Assembly (NCBI GenBank): GCA_000004695.1
Contig: CM000152.2
Coordinates: 2,144,001-2,208,000 of the forward strand
Source of the DNA: Dictyostelium discoideum
Lineage: Eukaryota
Direction: 5' to 3'
Length of the DNA stretch: 64,000 nucleotides
Shown: piece by piece, positions 1 through 11,141 of the stretch
How the letters are laid out: every line of letters starts with the position of its first letter
Numbering within the stretch: the stretch's first letter is position 1
The notes under the pieces: generated by a model
Seen by the model: only the letters and a program-made list of their open reading frames with translations
Told to the model about the DNA's origin: nothing
Databases searched by the model: none
Translations under genes and position numbers: made by a program

Positions 1-170
1 TCAAAATCAATACCAACATCAAAATCAACATAAAAAATATAATAATAATATTAATAATAATAGTAATAATTCATCCCCAAATTCATCACCAAACTTGACT
101 TCATCACCAAATTTAAATTCACCACCAAATATTAATAATGGTAATAACCACCAAAATAACAATAATAATA

Positions 171-258
<88 letters not shown>

Positions 259-526
259 GAATCGTAGATTTATCAGTACAAAATTAGTAAAGAATAATTC
301 TCAATTTCAACAAAAACCTCCACCACCTCATAGACATATGTCTCCATTACAAATACAACAACAATTTTTACTTCAACAACAAAAAGAGCAACAGCTACTT
401 CAACAACCACAAAAAGATCAATTACATCAATTACACCAACAACAATCACAATCAGCTTTACCCGATTTCTCTGCTGCCAATTTCATGGAAGCATTATTAA
501 AGAGAAAAAATGATTCACAACAATAA
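1..526 (+). CDS. C-terminal part of a Q/N-rich protein (5' partial; the gene starts upstream of the window)
   Basis: The reading frame is open from nt 2 (caa aat caa tac...) through the TAA at 524-526, so the listed ATG at 95 is internal. The composition is poly-Asn then Gln-rich (QQQFLLQQQKEQQLLQQ), as in low-complexity Dictyostelium proteins. No recognisable domain. Confidence 0.45.
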
Positions 527-686
527 TATCAAGATATCAAATTTAATGTTTTTTTTTTTTTTTTTTTCAAAAAATAAAAAGAAAAATCTTTGTACAAAAA
601 TAATAAAAGAGATAATAAAAAATAGTTAAAGAATTCTTATCTTGTATTTAAAGAGTTTTGTGTATATATTTTTTTTTTATTCATTT

Positions 687-868
687 TTATTTTTTTGTTG
701 ATACAACATACGAATCTAATATTCCGAATGCATTTGATGGGTCGACATTATTTTTAGTTTTGTTTGGGTTATTATTATTATTATTACTACCATTGTTACT
801 GTTAGTTACTGGAGATTTAATGGTGGTTGTGACAAATTCAAAATCCAGGTTTGATTTACCAGTATTAT

Positions 869-902
<34 letters not shown>

Positions 903-1273
903 GTTATTATTATTATTATTGTTGTTGTTGTTCAAATTATTGTTAAATCCATTACCAATAGTTGGGCTACTATTCATCTTTGGTAGAGTTGTTGTGTAAA
1001 AGGCAGTTGAAGTATTTGTACTATTATATGCAGTGGTTGTAAATGGTGGGGTTGAGGTTTTAATTGGTGGGGTAGTTGAGGATTTTGTTGGAGTTGGTTG
1101 GAGTGGTGTATTTGGTGATATAATTGCGATTGCATTTGTATCAACTTTAGTATTACTGTTACCTGTGAATGAAATACTTGAAAAATCTAAGTCATCCATT
1201 ATACTTGGTACTTTTTTATCATTAATCTCTGCTTTGCATAGAGGATCTAAATCATCCATTTTCTTACTCTCAC

Positions 1274-1364
<91 letters not shown>

Positions 1365-1654
1365 GTTTGTAATGTTATTGAGGTTGGTGTTATTTATATT
1401 ATTATTGTTTGTGGTGTTATTAATTGATAGTTCACTAAAGAAATCAAAGGATGAGTTATTATTGTTGTTATTATTTGTAGTATTGATATTATTGTGATCC
1501 AAGCCATTAACTTTTTTTTGTTGGTTTGGATTATTGACAGATAAACCACCAAAAATATTTTGATTCTGAGATTGATGTTTTGGTTGATTTGCTTGTGATT
1601 GCGATTGTGATTGTGGCTCTGGTTCATCAAAATTGAATATACTACCAACTTGTG

Positions 1655-1738
<84 letters not shown>

Positions 1739-2029
1739 TGTCATTAATATTATTATTGTTATTATTATTATTATTAAAATTTCTATTTGATCTTTGTTGT
1801 AATTGTTCTTGTTGTTTTAAATATTGTTGATATTGTTCTTGTCTTTCTTTTTCATCCTTTTCATCTTTAATTCTTTGTTGTTCTTTTAGTGATTCTAAAC
1901 TTTTTTCAAAATCAATACCAATCATTCTTAGGATAGATTTTGATTTTTCACGTGGTCCAATATGAGTTGAGGTTGTTAATGTAATTAAATGTGAATGATT
2001 CTTTTTAAAGAAATCCATAACCATACTAC

Positions 2030-2083
<54 letters not shown>

Positions 2084-2372
2084 CATGCTTATCATTACCA
2101 TGATATTGTAATAATTGTTCAATTAATAATAAATATCTTTGTTTAATTTGCCATTTTTTAACAGAATCTATAGAGTAATAAAGTATTGATAATATTGTTT
2201 CAATAGTATCTTTATTACAACTACCATAGAATGATATGAATTTAGAGGTTGAAAGATTACTTAAACTAGTTTCACTTGTACTTGTTCCAATTATATTAAT
2301 AATTGTATTATATTCATTTGTACCTAAATATGGATTATTTGAATCTGTATTTATATCATTTCCATTTATATA

Positions 2373-2419
<47 letters not shown>

Positions 2420-3315
2420 TATTATTATTATTATCATCATTATTATTATTATAATCTATAAAACGAGAACCATCTTTCATTGGCACTAATGATAAATTAT
2501 TATTATCTGTTACTGGAACTGAATCGAAATTAAGTTTTGATTGTTCATTATTAAATATTTTTGAAGGTAATGATTGAATCTTTTGTTTAAATTCATCTAT
2601 TGCAGTTTGTTGTTGTAATGGTGCATTTGTAATTGCACCTGAACTACCAACACCAACCATTGGTCTATGTGTATTACCAATATCATATGATAAATTTGAA
2701 TTACCATGACCTTCATATAAAACTATGTCATTATTATTATTATTGCTGCTGCTGCTGCTGCCATTATAACCATTACCATTATAATGATTATTTACAGAAG
2801 TGACTTCTGAATTTGAAGAATATTGATATAGAATATTTAAAATATCTTGAGACTCTTTTCTAACCAACATGAATGGATTATCACCATGCAATGAATCACT
2901 TCTACCTGAAAAATTTGTACAATTACGTACTTCTGCTAAATTTAATATTAACTCTTGTTTAAATGCTGCGTTACCCTTTAATATTAAATGTTTAATGATT
3001 TTCAATGTCTTTAATTTAACATGTGATGAATTATTCTTTAATCTCTCTTGTAACTTTTTTAAAATATCCATACATTTTTCAAATGATTTATTGGTTTCAT
3101 CTTTTATTATAGATTATTATTATTTATTAATATAATTATAATTATAAATTTTTTTTTTTTTTATTTTTTTATTTTCGTTTTTACCTACTTTGTATATCTA
3201 AAAATAAATAACCAGGTGTTGGTTCAGGTGTATCGACTGTCGCTTTCCCAACAATTGAAAGTACAGAATTTACATTATTTGCAATATTAACTATTAAATT
3301 ATTTACATTATTCAT
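687..3315 (-). CDS. Tepsin-like ENTH-domain protein (AP-4 accessory-like), 2 exons: 3315..3189, 3100..687
   Basis: Exon 1 (42 codons, MNNVNNLIVNIANNVNSVLSIVGKATVDTPEPTPGYLFLDIQ) ends at donor GTAGGT (3188..). An 88-nt AT-rich intron runs 3101-3188 with acceptor AAAAG. Exon 2 is in frame with the 794-aa ORF. The spliced N-terminus (...PGYLFLDIQ-N-ETNKSFEKCMDILKKLQERLKNNSSHVKLKTLKIIKHLILKGNAAFKQEL...SLHGDNPFMLVRKESQDILNIL) matches, from memory, the tepsin/ENTHD2 ENTH motif pattern (PGYLFEEI...GKLKVLKILLYL...KRNSAFIQE...PLHGNSLYQKVR). The remainder is N/S/T-rich low complexity. Confidence 0.6.
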
Positions 3316-3616
3316 TTTATTTCTTTCTCTTTAATATTAAAAAAAAATATAAAAAAAATGAAAAAAAAAAATAAAAAAAAATAAAGGTGAAAAAAAAAAA
3401 AATAAAAAAAAAAAATATCCCAAAAAATAAAGGTGAAAAAAAAAAAATAAAAATAAAAACTTTTTTTTTATCATCAAACCATTTGGGAAAACGATTCCAT
3501 AAATTAGCTGGAAAATTTGAACCAAAGGTTGGAAATTTTTATTTTTTATTTTTTTTATTTTTAATTTTTTTTTTTTTTAATTGGTTTTAGGTTTATTATT
3601 ATAATTATTTACAATA

Positions 3617-4087
3617 TTAATCATCACTATCATATCTGGATCTTCTTCCTCTGCCTCTGCCTCTTCTGTCATCGTCATCATCATCATAATGATCACTGTC
3701 ATCATCGCTGTGATTTCTATTTTTTCTAAAAGGTGAAGATGAAGAATTAACATTTTTTTCTTCATTTTTAGGTACTGAAGATGATGATAATGGTGATGAA
3801 GCTACATTTGAACTTGTTGTTGTAGTTGTAGTTGTTTCTTCTTTTCTTTTTAATGAATCATTTTCTTCATCATGTTCTCCCTCTTCTTTTTCATTATTAT
3901 TACTATTATTATTATTATTATCATTATTATTTCCAGAGTATTTTCTTTCATTTTCTTTATTTTCATGATTTTTAATTGTAATTTTAATATTTTCTAAATC
4001 CTTTTCTGAATAGGTATCTTTATAATCAATATCGGCATAACTTCTATTATTAGAACTTCTTGATGAATCTATTTGAGAATTATCATG

Positions 4088-4128
<41 letters not shown>

Positions 4129-5527
4129 ATCTTTCTTTTCTTTTGTTATAGTTTGAATCATTATCTTTTTCATCTCTACTGTTATTGTCTGAATATCTAT
4201 TATCCCTATTATCCCTAGCATTGTCTCTATAATCTCTATTATCCCTATAACCTCTATTATCCCTATTATCCCTATAATCTCTATTATCCCTATTGTCCCT
4301 ATATTCTCTACCAAATCTATTACTACCATTTCTATCTTGAGAATATTTTACAGCACCTCTACCCTTTACAGTTCTACCACTTGAATCACTCTGTCTAATT
4401 GGTGAAGTTGATTTTTTATCATATCCTCTTGATGATGATGATGATGATGATAATGGTTTATACCTATCCTTTAATTCATCAATTGAACCACTTCTTGATC
4501 TATCTCTTTTTGATGATGATGATTTTCTATCTTTTGATCTTGATCTCGATCTACCTCTTTTATTTTTATTTTTTTTATTATCATCATCATCGTCATCAGA
4601 ATCAGAATCATCACTATAATCAGAATCATCACTTGATGAACTATATGATCTTTTCCTTTTCTTTTTTCTATCTTTTGATTTTCTTTTTTTCTCTTTTCTT
4701 TTCTTTCTTTTCTTTCTCTTTTTTCTATCTTCTTCAGATGATGATGAATCTGAAGAGTCTGAATCTGAATCTGAATTTTCAGAGTCTGAATCTTTTTTAT
4801 TATTTTGTGAACTTGATTTTAAAACCAATTCACCACAATGAACTATTTTAACATCTGCATATGGTTTATCATTTTGATCTGTTAATAATGAATTTAAAAT
4901 GTCTACAACATTTTGTCCTGAAACTACTTTTCCAAATACACAATGTTTACTTTTTTTTTTTAAAAAAAAAATATTAACATTAGTAATTATATAGTTATAT
5001 ATTATATATTTAATATAATTACCCATCTAAATGTGAAGCAGGTGCAGTTGTAATAAAGAATTGACTTCCATTTGTATTTGGACCAGCATTTGCCATTGAT
5101 AATAAATATGGTTCAGAATGTTTAATTTTAAAGTTTTCATCATCGAATCTTTTACCATAGATTGATTCACCACCTGTACCATTCTTATTTTGAAAATCAC
5201 CACATTGCACCATAAAGTTTTTAATGATACGATGGAATGGTGTTCCTTTATAATGAAGACGAGTTTGTGTAATCTTTGAATATTGTGTACCTAAACATAA
5301 TACTCTAAAATTTTCTGTAGTTTTTGGTGCAACATCATTAAATAATTCAAAAATAATCCTACCAACTTTAATAAAATAAAAAACATTAGTATAAAAAAAA
5401 AAAAAAAAAAGAAAAAAAAAAGAAATAATAATTATAATTATAATTATAAAAGAAAAAAAAAAAATAAATGAAACTTACTAGGTTTACCATCAATTTCGAC
5501 ATCGAAAAATGTTCTTTGGTTAACCAT
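3617..5527 (-). CDS. Cyclophilin-type peptidyl-prolyl cis-trans isomerase with C-terminal RS/RD/K-rich domain (SR-cyclophilin, PPIG/CypG-like), 3 exons: 5527..5479, 5365..5023, 4949..3617
   Basis: Exon 1 [16 protein letters not shown]| with donor GTAAGT. Exon 2 encodes ...[25 protein letters not shown]...[77 protein letters not shown], which are canonical cyclophilin motifs. A 73-nt intron (GTAATT...AAAAAG) follows. Exon 3 continues [20 protein letters not shown]...KIVHCGELV, then about 400 aa of RS/RD/SD/KR repeats. The frame and phase are consistent: 49+343+1333=1725 nt. Confidence 0.75.
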
Positions 5528-6257
5528 TTTGGTTGTGTTGTGAAAATTTGAAAAATGAAAAAAATAAAAAATAAAAAAAAATAAATATTGAAATTTTTTG
5601 TAAAAATCAATTTAAAAAAAAAGTAATATTAAAATTTTGTTATAATTATTTCCAAACCAAAAAAGTAAATCAATTTAAATCAGGATTATTTGTTTTTTTT
5701 TTTTTAATTTATTTTTCAAACATTCAAATTTAACTTTTGTAAAAAAAAAAAAAAAAAAAATATACAAATTCAACCAAACCAATCTTTTTTTTTTTTTTTT
5801 TTATATTTCACATCATTTTTAAAAAAAAAAATTCAATTCTATCCCTTCATTCCTTAAAATAAATAACAATTATAAAAAACAAATGATAAAAAATTAAATT
5901 CTAAAAATAAAATTTGTTATAAAAAAAAAAAAATTTTAAAAAAACAGAATGTTTACTTTCATTTTTTTTTTTTTTATCATTTTGTGTTCTGTTTAAATAA
6001 AAAAAAAAAAGTTTTTTTTTATTTATTGCCCAAAAGTAAATAAAATATTTTTTTTAATGCACAAATGAAAAAAAAAAAAAAAAAAAAAGTTTTAATGCAT
6101 CAAAAGAAAAAAAACTTGAAGGTCGATTTTTTTTTTCCGGGTTTGAAATAAGTTTTATTCGTGAAAAAGTGAGTTAGGCGAGCATTATAAATTAATAATA
6201 ATATTATTTTTTTTTTTTTTTTTTTTTTTTTTCTTTAATGCATCACAATTAAATAAA

Positions 6258-8187
6258 ATGAAATCAATTAATAAAATAATAATTTTATCAGTTTTACTAT
6301 TTTGTACATTTGTTTGTGGGTATAATGATGAAGACCCCCTTGAAACTTGTATCTTTCCAGTAGGTGGCAATTCATACATTGATTTAACTTTATTAAAAGA
6401 AAAGTAATTTTAATTTATTGTTGTATTAAAAAAAAAAAAAAAAAAAAAAAAATGAAAAAAAAAAAAATTATTAATTTTTAATTTTTAAAATTAGTGCAAA
6501 TGGATATTCATACTCAGTAAATGACTTTGAATATTACTTTTCATTTTGTGAAGATTCATTGTTTTGCAATAAGGAAATGGGTCGCTCTGGAGTTGAAGCC
6601 TGTCAAGTAGGAAAACATGATGCTTTTTCCTATGAATTGGGTAGCACAATGACAGGTGAATATTCAATTAATAAGGAAAAGGGTGGCATGATATTAAGTT
6701 ATAATTCAACCAATAAAGAAACTTGCCAAGATGGTTACTATCGTAGTAATACCTTTTTCTTACAATGTACTCAAAATCAAACATTTTTAGTAACTTCTTT
6801 AACTGAAAACCCACCTTGTCATTATAATTTTGTTATTGAAACTTGTAATTATCATTAATGTATATATTTTTTTCTTTTCTTTATTTTCTTTTCTACTAAC
6901 TTTCTTATTTTTTTTCTTTTCTTTATTTTCTTTATAACTAACTTTTTTTTCTTTCTTTAGCTGCTGCTTGCCAAATTACGCCAACTCCATCGCCAACTCA
7001 ATCACCAACTCCATCACCAACTCAATCACCAACCCAATCACCAACCCAATCACCAACTCCATCACCAACTCCATCACCAACTCCATCACCAACCCAATCA
7101 CCAACCCAATCACCAACCCAATCACCAACACCATCTCCAACTCAATCACCAACTCAATCTCCAACTCCATCACCAACTCCATCACCAACTCCATCCCCAA
7201 CTCCATCCCCAACCCCATCCCCAACTCAATCCCCAACTCAGTCACCAACCCAATCTCCAACTCCATCACCAACTCAATCTCCAACTCCATCTCCAACTCA
7301 ATCCCCAACTCAGTCACCAACCCAATCACCAACTCCATCACCAACTCCATCACCAACCCATTCGCCAACTCAATCTCCAACTCATTCACCAACTCAATCT
7401 CCAACTCATTCACCAACTCAATCACCAACCCATTCACCAACTCAATCACCAACCCATTCGCCAACTCAATCTCCAACCCAATCTCCAACTCAATCTCCAA
7501 CACCAACACCACCAACACCATTACCAATACCAAAATCTTGCATTTTCGAATCTGGAAAAAATTCTTTAGATTTAACTGGTTTAATATCAAATGACTATTA
7601 TGGTCATATTTATTATGATAATTCAACAGATTCAGAATACTTTTTCAATTTCTGTGAAACTGTAAAGTATTGCTCAGATATCGTTAATTCAGATCTTCAA
7701 TCTTGCCAAAAAAAAGGTGCTTATGAATTTGAACTTTCATTTGTGGACTCTGGTAAATATATTTCAACAAGAAAGGGATTGGAATTATATTATAATTCTG
7801 ATCAATATTTATGGTGTAATGGAAATTCTCAAAAATCTACAGTTTATATTATTAACTGTAACCAAAATTACACATTTGAAATTGTTGATTTCGTTAATAG
7901 TGATAACTGCACTTACACCTTCACCATTGAAAGTAGTTATGTTTGTGCTAATTCTAATCCAACACCATCTCCATCTCCGACTATATCCCCAACACCAACT
8001 CCATCACCAATGGAATCATGTATTTTCCCATTTGGACCTACTTCAAATAGCGCTTTAAACCTTTCACCTCTTAAAAATAACACTGATGGTTATATGTATT
8101 ACAATCAACAATTGAATATTCAAGTATGTATTTTTAAAATTGCAATAATTATATTAATGTTTTATATATTTTTATTAAAATTTTTTT

Positions 8188-8221
<34 letters not shown>

Positions 8222-8592
8222 TATAAAAATAGTTTTATTTTGGAATTTGTGAATCAAGTACATTTTGTGAACAATTAACTGGTCAAACTGATGTTGAATC
8301 TTGTGGAGCTACTGGTGCATCAGGTTTTACAGATAGTTATGTGTTTGGATCATTAAACTCATCAACATATTCATTCAATCCTGAAGGAATTACACTTTAT
8401 TATAATTATACTGGTTCTAATTCCCTATGTTCACAATCCAATTATTCATCTGTTTCAATTCAATTTATATGCAGTTCAACTTCTGACTTTAATATAATTA
8501 ATGTTTCTAATGTTGGTGATTGTCAATATTCATTTATCATTCAAACATTTTATGCATGTGTAAGACAATTATCAAAAATTTTAATTAATTGA
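6258..8592 (+). CDS. Secreted protein with 3-4 cysteine-rich MRH-like (mannose-6-phosphate receptor homology-like) domains and a Pro/Thr/Ser/Gln mucin linker; 4 exons: 6258..6403, 6495..6844, 6961..8123, 8233..8592
   Basis: A signal peptide is encoded ([21 protein letters not shown]). Introns are 6404-6494 (GTAATT..TTAG), 6845-6960 (T-rich, contains CTAAC twice) and 8124-8232 (GTATGT..ATAG). Phases are consistent and the total is 2019 nt. Domains repeat a pattern YxY...FxYYFxFCE...C...C...YxFxIxxxxxC (e.g. [30 protein letters not shown]). Exon 3 begins with a roughly 190-aa (SPTQ/SPTP)n linker. Confidence 0.55.
6968..7530 (+). repeat. Coding tandem repeat (12-nt units tcaccaactcaa/tcaccaactcca) encoding an (SPTQ/SPTP)n mucin-like linker inside the MRH-like gene
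   Basis: About 45 imperfect direct repeats are visible in the sequence. All three plus-strand frames are open across it; only the frame giving [11 protein letters not shown] connects to the flanking exons. Confidence 0.8.
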
Positions 8593-8740
8593 AATTAAAT
8601 GTTTAATTTTTAAAAAACTATTAAATAATAAATTCTTTTTGATTTTTTTTGTAAGATTTATTTTATTTTTTATTATTATTATTTTTTTTTTTTTTTAAAG
8701 ATATGTATAAAATATTAATTATTTAATTTTAATTTAAACT

Positions 8741-9830
8741 TTAAAATTGCCCTAGTACAATTTATTAAGTAGAGTCGAGTAAAAGAGCTTTTCATCTTTA
8801 GATGGTTTGTCGATATGCAAATCCACCCAGATGTTATGAATTATTAATTCCAAAATGTTTCTATATGTGAAGGTTCAGGATAGGTCATATTTTACACATT
8901 TATATCCCATTTGTAACAAGATCTCAAAAATATCTTGTTAATACTAATATTTATTTAATTTTATGAAATGTTCTAAACAGAACATTTAAAAATAACTATT
9001 AATATTGAAATAATAATTCAATATTAATTATTACTAACTTAATTTATTTTAATAAATTGTTTCATTTATAATAAACTCACACAATTTAAACTACAATATT
9101 ATATTATTTTAATTTAATTATTATTTTCTCTTTTAATTAAATTATTTTTAATTTTATATTATTATTTTATATGGTGATTTTGTGTGTGGATCTAACCCTA
9201 TCGGCCGAGGTTGGAGTAGTTAACAGATTTGGGTTCGCTCAAAGCTAAGGACTATAAAAGGAAAACTAGGTTTCTAATTCAACCTCAGTAATAAATATAT
9301 ACAAATAATAAAAACACGATAGGGCTACGGTCATTAATTAATTTTGCGTACATTTATTTCTTAAATAATTAATCATTTACTTTAATAATAATAGAATAAA
9401 TAAATAATCAAATTTTATTAAATAATTTATTTTAAGAGAATGTCAACTAATAATAACGAAGATATTGATAATGATGAATTGCAACAGGATAATGAGGAAC
9501 AACAACAACCACAGGTATCAACATTCAGTGAACAGCAACGTCAGATAAGGGAACAGCAGCAGGTAAAAGATAAACAAAATCAACTTCTTCAACAACACAT
9601 TCAATTAATAAATCAACAATCTCAACAACAATTAAATAATCATTCGACACCACCATCATCACCCAACATTACAACACCAATAACTTCAGCAGCAATAACC
9701 AACACAATAAAGAAATCATTAGGAAAAATTAACACTGATGATACCGACCACCAGTTGTTACACCATTCAAAGTATTCTTGGTTAAATCAAAGATTTGGGT
9801 ATAGTCTATATTAACCTCATGACTTCTTCA
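8741..9830. mobile_element. Repetitive/mobile-element-associated segment of uncertain identity, adjacent to the retrotransposon remnant
   Basis: There is an abrupt rise in GC content relative to the flanking host DNA. A perfect 11-bp hairpin tgtaacaagat-N7-atcttgttaa lies at about 8919-8947, and an inverted repeat accctatcg / cgatagggct lies at about 9196 / 9318. The 124-aa Q-rich ORF 9440-9814 (+) uses CAG codons that are atypical of host genes. The segment sits between a host gene 3' end and the minus-strand retroelement ORFs. Confidence 0.3.
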
Positions 9831-10221
9831 TATTTGGTGAGATTTTTGATGTGATTCTGTTTGGAAATTTATTGTTGGGTCTAACTCTTTATTGGGTCCA
9901 ATGTTTTCTGCGAACTGTTTCAATGGATATGAAAGTTTTTCAATATGTGAGGTTGTATAAATTCTAATTTTTTCTTTTTTTTTTTTTTTTTTTGAATATT
10001 GGATTAACAAGATTGATATATGTCCATCTGTGTTAATACGAGTTTTTATTTAATATTTATTTATAGGCTTATCATTTAAGCTGAAGGGTTATTTTAATCA
10101 TATGAATTGATCAAAAGATATAATATTTGGGAGAGATGATTCTGGAATACAATAGTAATTAGCTGTTGTTTTTCTTAGCTTGATCGTTGAGGTGAGAAGG
10201 ATCTTAGGATCTTTGAAGTTA

Positions 10222-11037
10222 TTATGGTCTTTTGCTGATAGAGTTATGGTTGGATGACAGCTCCCTTGAATAATCGTTAAGTAGGAAGTCTATTTTCTTA
10301 AGCATTATGCTTGAGAGGATTGAGGATTTTTTTAATCTCCATCTGCGCTTGTTCATCTGTATGTTGGGTAGAGTGAAAGTGGTTGATAGGAAGTTGTGAT
10401 CTGATAGAGGTATGTCGTTAATTTTTGGGGGGATTAGGTTCCTTAAGTATAATTGGCTGTAGTTGATTAAGCTATTGTTAAGGTATATTCTGTCTAGTCT
10501 CCTTTCCAAGATTCTTGTGAGGTTATGTATCGTTCTTGAGAAGGTGGGTCTTTTATTTAGTTGGTCCATATCCATTAGGTTATTTGAAATTCTGATGGCT
10601 TCGATTACTGTGGCCATCTCATCTGGGGATTGTGTTGTCAAGTTGCCTTGGTCATCATTTGATGTGTGATTGTCATTGAAGTCTAAACAGTTGAAGTCGC
10701 CTGCTATGATGTCGATGTTTTTATTAGGGTTAGACGTTAGGTTGTGGTATTGGTTGTTGAAGTGTTTGTTTAGTGTTGAAGCTAGTGTTTTTCTTTTATC
10801 AGGTTGGGCCGGGGCGTATATGGCCAAGATTCTCGTTGTGGTATCTTTTATTAGAATGTCTGATATTATTAGTCTACCTTCTATTATGAATATTGGTGAG
10901 AGTTTTATGTTTTGGTTGTTGTGGTTTAGTATTCCTATTCCGTTGCCTCTGTTGGTTGCGCTAATGATGGAGCCAGGAAATAGCTGGTGTGCTTGTGTTG
11001 CGTCGGCGTTGAGTTCATTGACTATGGTTAGTGCCAA
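10222..11037 (-). CDS. Retrotransposon ORF2 fragment: apurinic/apyrimidinic-like endonuclease (EEP) domain, truncated before the reverse transcriptase
   Basis: It carries ILAIYAPAQP ... IIAGDFNCLDFND ... RLDRIYLNNSL ... IPLSDHNFL motifs typical of L1-type EN domains. The ORF terminates at 10222 and no RT motifs follow. Confidence 0.55.
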   Translation of the reverse strand: MALTIVNELNADATQAHQLFPGSIISATNRGNGIGILNHNNQNIKLSPIFIIEGRLIISDILIKDTTTRILAIYAPAQPDKRKTLASTLNKHFNNQYHNLTSNPNKNIDIIAGDFNCLDFNDNHTSNDDQGNLTTQSPDEMATVIEAIRISNNLMDMDQLNKRPTFSRTIHNLTRILERRLDRIYLNNSLINYSQLYLRNLIPPKINDIPLSDHNFLSTTFTLPNIQMNKRRWRLKKSSILSSIMLKKIDFLLNDYSRELSSNHNSISKRP

Positions 11038-11141
11038 TGAGTTTGGGGGGGATTGGGATTTGATAAAGTCTGTTTTGTTTTTGAAGGAGGTGTCAGTGCC
11101 CCAACCTCTGACATTCTATTGGTTGATTTTGATTACTACTA

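Noticed and set aside
658-1830. Track ORFs 658-999(+), 1033-1497(+), 1394-1744(-), 1633-1830(+) encoding poly-Leu/poly-Ile proteins
   Set aside because: They are alternate-frame or antisense translations of the (AAT)n/(ATT)n runs inside the tepsin-like gene. They are pure low complexity with no start context.
3337-3590. Short K- or F-rich ORFs in homopolymer-rich spacers (also 15190-15381, 16613-17000, 37897-38121, 41979-42164, 51138-52074, 58155-58361)
   Set aside because: Translations of poly(A)/poly(T) intergenic DNA.
4069-4851. ORFs 4069-4329(-) and 4399-4851(+) inside the cyclophilin RS-tail exon
   Set aside because: Out-of-frame or antisense readings of the RD/RS repeat region. The strong cyclophilin homology fixes the true frame.
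5386-5610. ORF 5386-5610(-), 74 aa
   Set aside because: It overlaps cyclophilin exon 1 and intron 1 in the wrong frame and is poly-F/Y low complexity.
6968-7626. ORFs 6968-7594(+) and 6976-7626(-) across the SPTQ repeat
   Set aside because: The 12-nt repeat is open in all six frames. Only the frame giving SPTQSPTP connects to the flanking exons and signal peptide.
9440-9814. Plus-strand 124-aa Q-rich ORF inside the mobile-element block as a host gene
   Set aside because: Its GC content and CAG-rich codon usage are unlike the neighbouring host genes, and it sits within repeat-like sequence. It is kept only as part of the uncertain element fragment, not as a host CDS.
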